Below are positions 1 through 13,477 of a DNA stretch of 64,000 bases, one piece after another. The DNA is from Felis catus (lineage: Eukaryota). Made by a program: the position numbers and the translations under genes. The notes beneath the pieces are model-generated. The model worked only from the letters and a program-made list of their open reading frames with translations. It did not search any database and was not told the origin of the DNA. The stretch spans positions 110,548,001 to 110,612,000 of the forward strand of contig NC_058368.1 in assembly GCF_018350175.1 (NCBI RefSeq). Reading direction: 5' to 3'. Every line of letters begins with the position of its first letter. Position 1 is the first letter of the stretch.

Positions 1-2716
1 TGTAATTAAAGTTTTGCTGATAATAAAAAATGGAGGCAATAAACAATCACACAGATTTTCCAGTCCTCAGCTCTAGAATGGCTAAACCATCACGGGGTTC
101 TGGACACTTGCTAGTCTCTGCCTCTGAAAGTGAAGGTCGATGGGGCCCCAGAGGCTGCCAGCTCCCGGACCCTTGAGATGCCCTCCACATGCTCACAGGC
201 CCGGCAAGCCACAGTCACTCACTTTTCGATCTGCTCTCTTCAACTTCAGGGCAGCAGGCGGCAGGCCAACCTTTGTTTTATGGACTACTTCCAAGGCTGG
301 CTATTTAAGCCCAAACACTGCCAGGCTGGCAGTCTACACAGGAGTTGAGATCAGGACACACAACCTGGAGGCAAGGATGTGAACTCCAAAAATAACTGAA
401 GTGTAAAGGTAAATGAATCATTTCCTATCAACCATCCTGAAAGGGCCCCTCTCTCCAGAAACCCTGCTCACGTTCCCCAGAGGAGCACATGAGGATTTCC
501 CCAAAATGACTGCTTATCTCTCCGTTCTCAACTGAGCACTGGCTGTGCAGTTTTGTGTCTGCTCTGGGTTAGACAGAGGCAGGGGAACTGCATGGTTGGG
601 GGGCCATGGGGGAACGGAGACCTCCTAGTACCCACAGGAGGCTAAGCTAATGCTGTCTATGTCCACAAGGTTCCACTGACCTCCTGCCACTGGGCTGAGG
701 TCTGCACTGCCTTTTCCAAGCAGGATACAATCACAGTCACCTCTCCCCAAAATCTCTGGTCAAAAGCATGTCAGGATACAGAGGAATAAGGAAGGCAGTT
801 TCTCAGGCTCATAGTGATGGAGACATCATCGAGGCTTCCTTGGTAATGGGCACCAAATAAGATCAAATGGCCAGAGGAAAACCAGAAAATATCTGTACTC
901 ACAAGCACAAGCACAAGCACAACCCCTCCTCCCAGGCTGAGTCCCCAAAGAGGAGGAACTTTGTCTATAACCTCTGTCTCCATCCCCTCAATAAATACTC
1001 ACTGAGCCCCTGCTACCTGTCACACATGGTATCACCAACCCCAGAACCACACACTTGCAGAAAGAACAAACAAGTTAGCAAATTAACCTCAATATCAGCC
1101 AGGAGGTTCCCCTGAGAATACAAGAGTCTGAATCCTTCTCGAAGTAACAATATTCTGCAGAATAAGCACCTACTATGTGCCAGACAGTATACAAAGTCCT
1201 TTACAGATGTTCATTTTCTCTTTTGGTCCTTATAACCAACTCCTGGGAGGTAGAGGTGGTAGTCGTCTCTGGGAGCTGAGGGCAGTAAGACTCGAAGAAA
1301 TCAATGCCTCTGGGGTCAATGTCACCCAGGAAGCACAGTGCAGGGTCGGGTATAAACCCATGGCACTTACGCTCCAAAACCCATGTTCTTTCTCTCATGC
1401 CATGCTCCCTGTCACCGGTGCAACAGGGAGTCTCTCACCTATCCCCACGTGTCTTCTACTTCCCAGGGTCTGCTGTAGTGGGGGCAAGAAGGGGTGGTAG
1501 AAGGCACAAAGAGAGGGTCAGATGAGGGTCCCTGAGAAGGCTTGGAGGAAAGAAGGGCTGACCCTTCAGACGAGAGCCACAGAGAAGCAGGGAAAGGAGC
1601 AGGACCAGAGCTCAAGAAAAGCAGGTTTGCAGGGCTTATGTGTTCATAGGAAACAGACCTGGCTGGACTACAGCTCCTGGAAGCTCTATACTTTTGTCTC
1701 CTGTCTAGTGTTGTGTCCTCTAGCCCTCCTCTCCAGCATTCCAAAGCCTAAGAGCTCACTGGGGGCTTCAGTGCGGTCACCTTCCCAGAATGCATGCTCC
1801 CCCGCTGGAGTGGCCACAGCCCAAACTCCTCCATCCCAGGGACTGGGGCTCCACCAGCCAGTACCAGGCACACCTATCCTTTCCAAGGCTGAGCCATTGG
1901 CAGCAGACTCAGCTAAGCACAGAGGGACAGAGCACAGGGTGAGGCACAAAGTCTGGCTGTGTCCAGCGGCACAGCCCTCTGCTAGGTGCACCTGTTCTGA
2001 TGCCCTCCCTGCAATCCTTCTCTTCAGATGCCTCAGAACTTGCCCTGACCTCATGTTGCTCATCTCCAAATGGGTGAGGCACTCTCCCTGTCTTGTGTGG
2101 GCTGCTCAGGATCTGCCCACAGGTAGCTACAGGCTGGGTCCTGCCTGCACACCTGCAGGCCCAGGAGGAAGTCCCAAGAAAGTGCCCACAATTTGCAACC
2201 TCCCAGCCCCGTGGCTCCTCCAAAGAATCCAGTGGACCTAGATAAGGGTTCCAGAGCTCAGGCTATGGTGGAGTGGGGACCCTGGGCTGCTGATTATCCA
2301 ATAAAATTACTGGCAGGCATTAAATCTATTCTCAGTTAACCCAGTGTCTTTAATAATAAAAAAGATTTTGCACTGGGGATAAATACCGTGTCTCATTTCC
2401 TCACTCTCACTGGTCTCCTGTCACTGTGCACTTATTAATACGATGGCTAATATATGACTCCCAATCAGCCACTAAAATGCTGCTGTTATTCCTACTAATT
2501 CGACAATAAAATGTGGCTGTACCAGGCCATAAAAAGTGGGTCGCCATGTGACCGGGGCCTCTATGGGAAGTGATCCATGAGGCCCAAGGGTCTAGAACTG
2601 GCCACCAAACCAAGCCACCATGGCCACAATGCAAACCATACCCAAGCCACAGCCCCTGTAGACTCTAACTGCCAAGGGCCCAGATGCCACCCTCAACCCA
2701 GACACAGCATTCCTGC

Positions 2717-3178
2717 TGTATTTGTTTCCTACTGCTGTATAAAAAATGAATGACCACAAACTTAGCAGCTGAAACAACACCCATTAACTACCTCACAGTT
2801 CTGTAGGTCAGAAGTCCAGGCATGGATATGACAAATTCTCTGCTCAGGGCCTCACAAGGCTGAGATCAAGATGGCACTTGAACTTTAGGACTGAGGTCCC
2901 CATTTTCTTCCTGGCTATCAACCAGGGGTCACACGCAGGAGTTGGCCTCAGGTCCTAGCCACCTGGCCCTCCCCACCTTAGGGCAGCTTACTCCTTCAAA
3001 GCCAGTAGAAGACCCTCTCTCCAGCATGCTCCTCCGGGGAGTCACACAATGTAACACAATCACTGGAGTGCCATCCATCATATTTACAAGTCCTACTAAC
3101 ACTCAAGGGGAGAGAGTTATACAGCATGTGTACACAGGGGGTGCAGTCTCAGGGCCACCTTGGAATGCCCTCATCACA
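2717..3178 (-). mobile_element. MaLR solo LTR (MLT1E-like)
   Basis: TG...CA ends; MLT1 hallmark 'ctcacagttctgtaggtcagaagtcc'; near-matching 5-bp flanks cctgc/cctcc. Confidence 0.8.
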
Positions 3179-4106
3179 CCTCCGTGTGAAAACTATCTAC
3201 TTTGTGTATAGACAGAGGATCCAACCCCACACCCCTTCTCTCACACGCCCTGGAGGGTCTGCTGGCTCTTCCCTAGACCAAGCCTCCAGTCCTGGCCAAG
3301 CAGAGAAGTGGGTCAGGAAGCAGCTGGCTTGGGCACCGAGGTATGTGCCAGGGAGGGAAGAACAGGAGAGCAGCCCCTCAGGGGTTAGCACAGCATGGAA
3401 GAAGTATTTTCAAAAGCTGAGGGGCAGTGATTCATACCGAAGCAAAAGGATGCCTTTCCTCAAACCTTTTTTTTCAGCTTCTCCTCAAAAGCTCCCGTCC
3501 CTTTATTCTAACCTCCCCCAATTACCAGGAAAAAGCAAACCCACTATCCAGTGAGTTACTACCTGACCCTGGTTCTGGACACTCAGGAGCAGCTAGGAGG
3601 GAGGGAACACCACATCGGAAGTGGGCCAGTAGGTGATGGAAACATGCAGATGCCCAGGGCTCCCCTCTAGAACTCAGTGGACTCAGCATGGGATCTGCCT
3701 CGGTGAAGCTCCCAGCCCAGAGCCACTGCCCAGGGGGCCTGGGGTATAAGTCACCAGGGCCCCCAGCTGCTTTCAAGGCCCAGAGGGGAATTCAACAAAC
3801 TGGCTTTTGGTGTTAAGGGAACCATCTACATGGAAATAGACCCATCAGAATTAAGCCAGACAGCTGTGAATGAGTTGCCTCCCCTACCAGACAACACCCA
3901 CTCTCCTGCCAGCTGCCTTCCAGGGCCCACGTGGTGCCTCTCAGACCCCACCCCCACCCCACCAGTATTCTCCACTCCACCAAGCTCCCTCCCAAGCCTT
4001 TGCTCTCAGGGTACCCTCAGCCAGGAACACCCCTCCTCTTTCTCTTCTTATCTTATCTCTGCTTATCTTCTTACTTATCCTTCCACTTATCCTCTCATCC
4101 TGGGTT

Positions 4107-4598
4107 TGTGGGAAGCATCTGCAAATTCCTTGACACCCCCCATAGAGAAGTGGGGTCACATTCCCCTCCCTCTGAACATGAGCTGGTCTCAGTGACTCAC
4201 TCCTAGTGAAACAGTCCAGCAGAAGTGACACTGAATTGCTCCCAAGGCTAAGTCAGAAAAGACAATGCAGCTTGGCCTGACTCCCTGGGGCCACCCTTCT
4301 CCCCACTCAGCTGACATGCATGGGGAAGCCCTGGTTACATGGAGAGGCTACCACAGCCCCTGCTGAGGTCCTTGCCAGCAGCCAGCCTCTGTCACCAGAC
4401 AGGTGAGTGAGGAAGCCTGCAGGGATGAACTCTGTCCCAGCCACCAACCAACTGCAACCACACAAGAGTCCCTGAACAAGAGCCCACAAATGAGCCCGGT
4501 CTAACCCCCAGCCCCCTGAACCAGGAGAAATGATAATAGTAAATGACTGTGGTTTGACAGCATGGGGTGTAGGTGGTTGGTTATTGGTAACCAGAACA
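4107..4598 (+). mobile_element. MaLR solo LTR (MLT1G/H-like)
   Basis: Resembles recalled MLT1G/H consensus (gcagaagtgacactg, ggagaggc, gtgagtgaggaagcc) and ends in gtaaccagaaca. Confidence 0.7.
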
Positions 4599-4699
4599 GA
4601 GCTCAAGTAGACTTCCAGTAACACCTCTTTCTCTCCTTCACGCTCACCCCTTGGCTGGGTTGCCCACCTTCCTCTGTGCTCCTAGAGTGTTCTGCATAG

Positions 4700-4850
4700 C
4701 ACAGTAGTTAAGAGTACAGCCTCAGGAATCACACGCTTGAGATCAACATCCTGCTCCATCACCTACTGGCTGTGTGACCTTGGGCAAGTTTCTTTTATTC
4801 TCTGAACCTCAGTTTTCTCATCTATAAAACATAAAGGATAACTAAACAGC
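4700..4850 (+). mobile_element. MIR SINE fragment
   Basis: MIR core 'ggctgtgtgaccttgggcaagtt...ctctgaacctcagttttctcatctataaaa'. Confidence 0.85.
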
Positions 4851-7800
4851 CTTGTCCTGCATGCCCATGAGGCCAGTGGCTGCTGACCCCGTGGACCCAA
4901 CAGTTACAAGGTAAGGCCATGTCCCTGGCAAAGGCAGGAGGGAGGCTAACAAGGCCCTTCCAGCTGGAGGATGCCAGGTCATGGCATTCAGGGGAAGGCT
5001 GTCCCTCCCCACAGAAGGGAGACAGAATGGGGTCTTTGACACCAGGCCCTAAATGACAGACCAAGCCACCTTGAAATAATAGTCACCGGCATATGGTCAA
5101 GCTCCGTGTAGACACATAAAAAGGAAGATTAATTATTTATGCCTGGGCTGAGGAAATAGGCTTGAGTCTCACCATATTTCTCTTTCCATTATATGCTCAT
5201 CTTATAGAAATCATCAGTGGGAACAAGACCTGAGCAGTGAGAAGAAAATGTATATTTCCTCCAGACTTGTTGGCCAATGAATTCTCATCTACTAGTCATG
5301 GCAGCTGTCAGTGGCCACGTCCACCAGATAGGAGTCTGCCTGGGTATCCCACACTGGCTAGGGAACCCAAATTCAGACTGGGATCCTCACCCCAGCGGTC
5401 ACCACACCCAGTGCCAGCCTCTGTGCAACCTACTTCACACCCCAATATTAGGGTCATTACCTGTGTCATTACCACACTCCTGTCCAGCAGGACTGGCCTT
5501 CTCTCAAGACCCTTTCCTTCCCTCCATCCACTACACCACAGGGCCTGGAGGCAAGACCAGCCCCCTTCAAAATTCAATCCAACTGCAGCCACAAAACATT
5601 AAACAAACTTGCTGTATGCAGTGGGAGTCCCAACTGGAAACCTCAGCTCTTCTATTTGCCAACAACATAACCTGAAACAAGCTATTTCACTTCCCTGCAA
5701 AACAGAAAACTGGAGAGAATCTTCAAGCAAGAATGCCCAGCTCCCTGGTGTGGGGCCAGAGCCTTCCACAGGGCTCCAACAGGGGCATCTCTATACTCAC
5801 ACGGAGTGTCCGGGGGCCCGGCAGGAGAGCAGAGGCTCTACCCCCACTCCAAAACCACCAAGAAGGATCCGGCCCTATCAGGAAAGGGCTTTTTGTTGTC
5901 ATTGTGAATCGAGCAAATGTCAGTAGATAAAATTAGTGCTACCCACCCATCCCAATCTCTCAGAGGAGCTATTCTGAGGTGCTTGCTGTAGGGTTCATCT
6001 TCAAGTCCTTTGCTCTGACTTTTTCCAGTGCTTCAAGAGCAGAGTCACCAGAGAGGCAGACCTTAGTGGGTATTCTGGATACTGAATCTCTGAGGTTCGG
6101 TAGGGATTTGGGGGAGGGGGACTTTGCAGAATGCAGGGGCACAACAGGGGCACAAGATCTGAAATACCATCCGATGCTGGCAAAGCACTAAATGGCACAT
6201 ATACTATCAGTTACCCACATTTGAAGATGACAAAACTGAGGGAGGAGAAGAAGAAACAGGCAAAGCCAAGCTACGTGACCTGACGGTATAACCCAGTGAA
6301 TCCCTAAGCCAGGTCCTGGGCTTTCCAATACCTGGTCCTATGATGCTGCCACAATAAGAGACACCATGAGCCGACCACTCACCCCTGGCTTCCCCTCTGG
6401 GCACTAAAGGGCAGTGCCTGGCCCAGGCACACACAGATCTCAAGGGCCTGGCTTTCCCAGGGGACAGTGAACCCACTACCAGTGCCCCAGTGGCTTCCAG
6501 ACACCAGGCCAAGGCCATCTGTCTTGTCTCAGTCATACTCCACAGAGCCCAGGCGAGGGGTCCTCACAGTCTCCACATTCCTGAGAAGGTCCCCAGAAAA
6601 GACATCTTCCAAACCCCAGCCAGGAATCAAGCACCCCCAGACACTGGAAGGGGCCACTGTGAGGTCAAACAAAAGCAAGAAGAGCCTTTCGCACGAGGGG
6701 AAAGGGAAGCTAGTTCTGATGACCATGCCATCTCCCCCCAAATCCTGGCTACAGACCTCAGACCTGTCATCACAGCCCAAATGATCCCCCAATGAGGATC
6801 CCCACAGGAAAGACCATTTGAGGTCCCTGGTGGCCCCCCTACCTCACCTCTTGGTTGAGTCCTCCTTGCTGGGGGATAACTACCATTTGTTTCCAAACTA
6901 TTCTGTCCAGTAATTAGTTGCAAGGGTCTAAGGATAAGGACCACCCTCAGTCTCCTCTCCGCAGCCTGAGACAACCCCATCACTCCAGGCAGACTCTGAT
7001 GCCAGCAGCCCCTCGCCATCACCTCCACAGTCCTTTGAGCTGCATGGGTTTGGGCACATTCCCGCCTTACAAAGTAGGCCCATGGCAGACTTTGTGCCCC
7101 ATGCTTCACTGCTGGAGGAGACAAGCATCAGCAGGACAACCTCTATTCATCCTTTAGAGCTCAATTTACATACCACCTCCTCCAGGAAGCCCTCCCCAGT
7201 TTGGCCAGGTGCCTCTCCTCTGAACTCCCCCAACATCCCATGTTTCCCATATCCTAGGACTTACCACCCCACCAAGCTGGGGAGTGACTTGGCATCTCCA
7301 TGTGGCCTGTAACTGGCACAGTGGGTGCTCCACAAAGTGTGGCTCCTGAAATGAGCGAGGTTCTTAACAAATCCAGCCAACCAGATGGCCTGGGGCACTC
7401 ACATGCACAACCATCACAGACTCCGTAAACATACCCTCCTGAGTCATTACCACAAAGATCCTGCTGAGAGCTTCTTTGAAGTTCAGAGAAATGCTAGGCC
7501 CAGTTCTCCAGGCCTTGATGGGGGCCAAGAGGCAGAGACAGACCCCCTGCTGGTGCCATTGCCTTACCCTCCCTACATGCCCAAGAAACCTACCTTTTAT
7601 GAGGAAAACAAGCCAACAAAGACAGCAGCTGCCTCCCTAGACAGCCAGACCCCCAGAGAGTTTAAATGGAATTAAAATAATCTCACTTTGTTGCCCTAAC
7701 CACAGATAGACAGTCAGAAGAGAGCAGCCCGCTAACTGCTTCTTTGAAGAGGCAAAGACTCTTGTACCCAAAAGCTATTTGTCCTCCATAAATGGGATTT

Positions 7801-8616
7801 CAGAAACAGAGCTGAAAGGGGAGACGATGGCCTCAAGAGCCTAAGCTTGTATTATACATTAGACAGATATTTAAAAATAAATAGCGATTAAAAGGAAAGC
7901 CACGAACGACGGCAGAGAGCTCCAGACCCTCCAAGGCCTTCATGCAAATGTCTCGCTGCTCTCTCAGCATTGGGAATCTGGGCCAAACTGTACTCACTTC
8001 TCTGATTTTTAAAAACCGTTGCCACCCGGCTGCTTTGAGAGTCTATGCGAGGTTCCAGGTGATATGGGTGTATCTGAGGAGGAGAGGCCTCTGAGCAGGT
8101 GCCGGGCCCCAGCACACTCTCCCAGAAGCCCATGCACATGCTCACGGCTGCCAGGCTCAGGACCAGGCAGGGGGTTCCCCCTCTGCCAGCCATCCTCCCG
8201 CTAGGGCTAGGGCAGTGCTCCCTTCTACAACACTCATCACACCCCCTGTGGAGGCCTGTCTCCTCACCAGGTTGTGACTTCTGGAGGTCAGTCAGGGGGT
8301 CAGGAAGCCCTGCCCCATGCTGAGTAAGCTGTCAGTAAACTTTCCTGATGGGCCTTCACCCTGAGAAACATAGAGCCCAAGGCAACAGATATCTGAGTTA
8401 GCAAGCTTGTTAGTCATTGTTGCTATTATTATTGTTATGGTAGTTCTCATTGTGAGCATTAACGTCAGTGGTGGCTGGAATCCCAGCTCTCAGCTGAAGA
8501 CTTCAACCTCTGTGAATACCCCCACCCCCAGTCCAGTCCCCCATCCCCAGCGAAAGTCCTATATTCGTCTTTTCCCAGGTGCTCTTTTTCAGAAAAATGG
8601 GCTTAGGGCCTTTTTT

Positions 8617-8816
8617 CCTTTGTTTTTTCTTATGTTTATTTATTTATTTTGAGAGAAAGAGAGCAAGCAGGGCAGAGAGAGAGGAGAGAGAAAATCTCAA
8701 GGAGGCTCCACGCTGCCAGCACAGAGCCTCATGTGGGGCTCCAACTCACCAACCATGAGATCATGACCGGTACTGAAATTAAGAGTCGGCACTTAACTGA
8801 GCCACCCAGGCATCCC
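8617..8816 (-). mobile_element. Can-SINE
   Basis: Reverse-complement tRNA-derived head at 8790-8816, GA tract, T-rich tail; TSD cttag(g/a)gcctttttt at 8602 and 8817. Confidence 0.93.
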
Positions 8817-8844
8817 CTTAGAGCCTTTTTTTTCCTTAAGTGAA

Positions 8845-9240
8845 GTCCATACTTGACTCAGATTTTATTGGTTTTCATCCAATGTCCTTCTCCTACTCTG
8901 GAATCACATCTAGATATCACATTACAGCTAGTCCTTTCCTTAGTCTCTTGGCTGTGAGCTTCTCTGACTTTCCTGGTTATTAGCAGCCTTGAGCCTTGAC
9001 TGTTTTGAGGGGTAGTGGTCAGGTATTTTGCAGGATGGATGCCATACTACTAGAATATATCTGATGTTTTTCTCATGTTTAGACTGAGGTGATGGGGCTT
9101 AGGGAGGGAAAGTGCCCTTCACATATCCAGGGTACACACCATCAACCTGATTTATAACCAGTGATGTCACCATGGTCACCTGGCTGATATAGTGCTTTTC
9201 AGGTGTCTCTAGATCTCTCCAATGAAATCCTCCTTTTCCC
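8845..9240 (-). mobile_element. Old L1 3' region fragment (L1MC-like)
   Basis: 'ttgactgttttgaggggtagtggtcaggtattttgcagga...tctgatgtttttctcatgtttagactgagg' resembles L1MC 3' UTR. Confidence 0.7.
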
Positions 9241-12091
9241 TAAAAGACCATGTCAAAAGTCACCTCCTCCTAGAAGCCTCCCCAGATTACATGCACACAC
9301 TGAGTTCCTCTCAGTAATTAGCATGCCTCCAAGTATTCCAAGTGTCCATGAACATGCCTCCTCATTTTCACTGAAGGCTCTGTGGGACTGTGACCTGATG
9401 CCCAGTGGCATCTAGTCCATAATAAAAAGAAGGAAAAAAAACACTTATTTAGTGCTTACTGAGTGCCAGCTCCACACCTAGCACCCCACGGGGTTCTCTG
9501 GCCATAACCCAATAAGGGAGTATCTCTTGCGACTGCCATTTTGCAGGTGAAGAAGGGCTCAGAAACTACACCACCAAGTAACTGGCAGAGTTGGGATCCT
9601 GCTGCTTGACTCTGCAGTCTGTCCCTTTATTCCTCAGCTCTAGCCCCACCATGTGAGTGTCCCAGGACTTCCAGTGTGCCCCAACACCCCAAGTACCAGC
9701 TGCTACAGTGAAGATGGAAACATCAGGTGATCTGAGTGGAGGTCTGAGATCTTCAACAACAGCACCAAAGGCATGACACTGGCCCGGCCTGACCTGGGCC
9801 CAGCTCAGTCCCACTGCCAGCCCTAGCGAGTGTGGGCCATACCACCAGCCTGCCCTCCACCCCACAAGGCCTCTGTAACCACCAAACCTACCATTTTTGA
9901 TGTCCAGAGACAGGGAGGCACAGCTGTGCACCCAACATGCTGCATCAGCAAGAAGCCAAATGATGTATGTGGAGCTGGAACATCTCCCCATAAATTTTGT
10001 TTTATTAAATTTTAAACTTTAATAAAACAATGACACATTTCAAGTGCCAGCCCTGGGCTCCCCCACCCCCACCACCCCACCATCCTCAGGTTCACCAAGA
10101 ACCCTCTCTCTGGCAGGGTCTTTAGAGCACCAAACGTTTTCTTGGGATGTTGACATCTGACACTCAGGGCCCTGAACAGGGGAAGCAGAAGACAAGGGCC
10201 AGAGAAGGGGTGGATGGCTTTAGCAGTTCCAGGCCTGGACCCAGGGAGATATGCAGGCAACCAATCAAGAGGTTTCTTGTCCTCCAAGACAAGAGAGGAG
10301 CCCGCAGTGAGGCTCCAGTCGCTCAGGGTCCAGAGTTAACAGTGGAGTTAAGGACTGAGGCCCCTAGGCCCCAAGCTAAGACTCCAGACAATAGAGTCAG
10401 GGCACTAGGGACATATGTGGCTGATTTACCACTGGCCATGCCATCCATGGTGATGCTCAGGGCACTCATTCTCCAAGAAGCTTCCAAAGTACTTCTCTCA
10501 GCCCACACCCTCTCACTTCACTGCCAGCCCCAGACCCAGCTGCCAGTCTATCAAATGAGCTATATCTTGGAGCTATCTCTAATCAAGGCACTCACAAACT
10601 CACAAGCCTCCCAAGGGTCCCCTCTTCCTTGGTCTGATGACAAATCTCCTTACAATGGTACTCAAGGCTCCCTATCATCCTTCCAGGGTACCCATCAGAT
10701 GACCCAACTTTATCTCTGCCCTTCGCTCCCCTGCTCCAGCACTGAATCTCTCCCTGCTCCTGCACCCCCTACCACATCCAAGGGTTCTCCCTTGCTAGCC
10801 CCGCAACGTGGAACACCTTCTGAAGATGACCCTGTCAGATCCTACAGAATCCAGGAGAAGGGCTTCCTCAACCTTCAAACCTTCCCTGACTCCAAGTTCC
10901 TGTATGTCACAGAAGCCCCCTCCTGAGACCCTCCTCACCTTCTGCTGGGAGCCTGCTTAGTCCTGGACATCTTTGCTAAGAGCCACTCCTAGCCATTAGG
11001 GACAGTCTCCTCATCTGTGTAACACGGATGCCCAGGTGGTACAATGCACCAGGAACAAGTGACAGGGGTGGGGAGACAGGTCCCAGGGAGCAAAGGTCAG
11101 CTTTCATGAGCAGGGCCTGAAGTCAGATGACAGCGACAGGACCCTTGTCTCCACCAGCCACAACAGAATAGCAGACCCTTCCTCCTGAGCCCCTCCTCCC
11201 CATCTTCCTTCACGTCCAAATAAAAGGCAACAAAGTAATTGAAGACCCCAAACCCACTTGGTAGAGATAATCCAGGCTTTACTTCTAACTTTGCCACATT
11301 CAATTGGGCTGTGGTCTGGGGAGATGTCACATGAGTACCACCAGCTCTTTGCAGCAAAAGGAGGGAGCGGAGGAGTCTCCACTCAGGGAGGGAAGAGCAA
11401 CCTCCCAGTTCCCCTCCCACACGCAGTGCTGGCCTCAAGAACCCCTCACCCTACTGCCCAAACCCACCCCTCCCCACTCCCTGGATTGCGCAGCTTCTGA
11501 AATAGGACTTCTGCAGAAATGCTGTGGGAGGAACACTACAAAGCAAACCTGTGACCACAAGTGCAATCTCAGCACACTGCCCTATATGCCCCGGCCCCTG
11601 GCCAACGCTTTAGCTGAAACCCCTGCAGGCTTCTGCTAAGGGAAACCCCAATTCTCACACCCCTCGAGGAAAAGTGTTTCCTTCAAATGAAGAAAAGTTT
11701 TCTCTACTGTTTCCTGCACCAAAGGGCGGGAATGCTGAGCACTGAGGAGAGGTCTCCGGCAAATGGTTTAATTCCTTTGAAGACAAAAGCCTGCCAAACT
11801 GTCTCTTTCATAATTGAAAGTAATGAACTTTAATAAAATAAATAGCACTGCCCCTACAGCAGCAGATGAGATGTCACAGAAACTCATCTGAGTGCTGTCT
11901 TTCAAGGTTCCTTCCACAGGGCATTGCGATGAGTGAGAGCCCAAGCGAAGGAGAGGTTAATAGCCCTGATTCCCTCCTGATCAGCCTCATCTGGAAGAGG
12001 AGTCTGGGCTCAGACACCTGCTGGCCCGCCACAGTGTTCCCCAGGATCTCTGCAGCCCTAATGAGGGCTGGCCTCCATGCTCCCCCCATCA

Positions 12092-12158
12092 GCACACACA
12101 CACATGTGCATACACACACATATACACACACACACGCACACACGTATACGCACTCACA
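12092..12158. repeat. Imperfect (CA)n microsatellite
   Basis: cacacacacacatgtgcatacacacacatatacacaca... seen directly. Confidence 0.9.
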
Positions 12159-13309
12159 GCAGGCCTAAGAGTTTGTTGCACTGGCTGCAGAGCCCCTCCC
12201 TACCAGCACTTTCTCTGAGCCAGTCAGGGTCCTTCGATCCACTGACAGGAGGTCCATGGCCCTCTCTCAGCCTTAGAATGCCCTGGCTGGCCCCTGACCT
12301 CCCGGGAATTTCAAGAAGAAAAATTCATAAATTCACTCCTTCAATCCTGACCTGCATCTCAGTCTAAGAACCCAAGGAGCCATCACATCAGCAAAACTAA
12401 AAAAGAACCTTCCAGCATCTTCTACCCAAGTTGACTACTCCTCCTGACTTCCCTTGTCTTCTTTTCAGTGTTTTTATTACAAAAGTAATGGATGCTCATT
12501 ATGGAAAATTCAGAAAATATAGATAAGCAATAAGAAGAAAATGAAAATATCTCATCACATCAACACTCAGAAATTACATTAACATTTTGGTGTATAGCCT
12601 TCCACACATTTTTCTGTGCATAGAAAGAACGGTATTGTCTTTTAGGGTGTATTCCCCAAGCAAAACTAGAATCAGATGTCTTCCTACTACAGTGTGTTGT
12701 TGCTCACACAGACTCTGAATCTCTGCCTCCCCTCACCCCAAAACTGACTCTGGAGACTCACTGAAATCGTGGCAGCCGTCCCTTTCTCTTCACTGTCATG
12801 GCTGTGTCCAGGCCTCCATGCCTGTACTTTCACGAGCCTCCTCACCAGTCCTACCCTCCAAGCCCAGAGGGACAGGGACTTGAAGAAATTCACTGTCTAC
12901 ATTGTAACTTTATGTAAGCAGAGTTCACAGCCAACATCAGTGGATGAGTCAGTCCAGGAACCGGTCAGTTAAGGTACATCCCAACAACGGAGTGCTATGG
13001 GGCTTTGAGGGAGTCATGCCATGGATAAGTGTTTAGGATGTGCAGAAATGCTTAAGGAGCAGAATACGAAACAATATTTATAGTAAAACTGTAACTTTAC
13101 TAAATGTTATGTTTATGAATACACACATAATCCCATAACAATGAGGTGACCCACACCAGTAAGTTAATACTAAACTCTCGGTAATTGTAGACGTCCTATT
13201 GCTTTCCTGGGTTTTCCAACACATTCACATATTGAAGATTTTTCACTTTGGGTAAGTCCTATTTTAAGAACTGTAAAAGCTTTGAAAGGATTTATAAGGG
13301 CCTGGAGAT

Positions 13310-13477
13310 GCCTCTTGGATTCTATCATGTGTCAGTATCACCTGGAGGGCTTGTTAAGACAGACTCCTGGGTCCCAGACTCGAGAAACCCCAGAGTTTCT
13401 GATTCAGAAGGTATAGTGTGGAAAGGCTGAAAAGTAATGCTGTTACTGGTCCAGGGACCATACCTTGAGAACTACTG
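13310..13477. mobile_element. MER5A-like hAT-Charlie MITE
   Basis: 'tcacctggagggcttgttaagacaga...cccagagtttctgattcag...ggtccagggaccataccttgagaactactg'. Confidence 0.75.

Noticed and set aside
1522..2241. 239-aa ORF (+)
   Set aside because: No recognisable domain; composition typical of chance ORFs in GC-rich DNA; overlapping ORFs on both strands.
10147..10926. 259-aa ORF (+), the longest in the track
   Set aside because: P/S/L/Q-rich with no family resemblance, and appears to run through an L2-like relic near 10550-10760.
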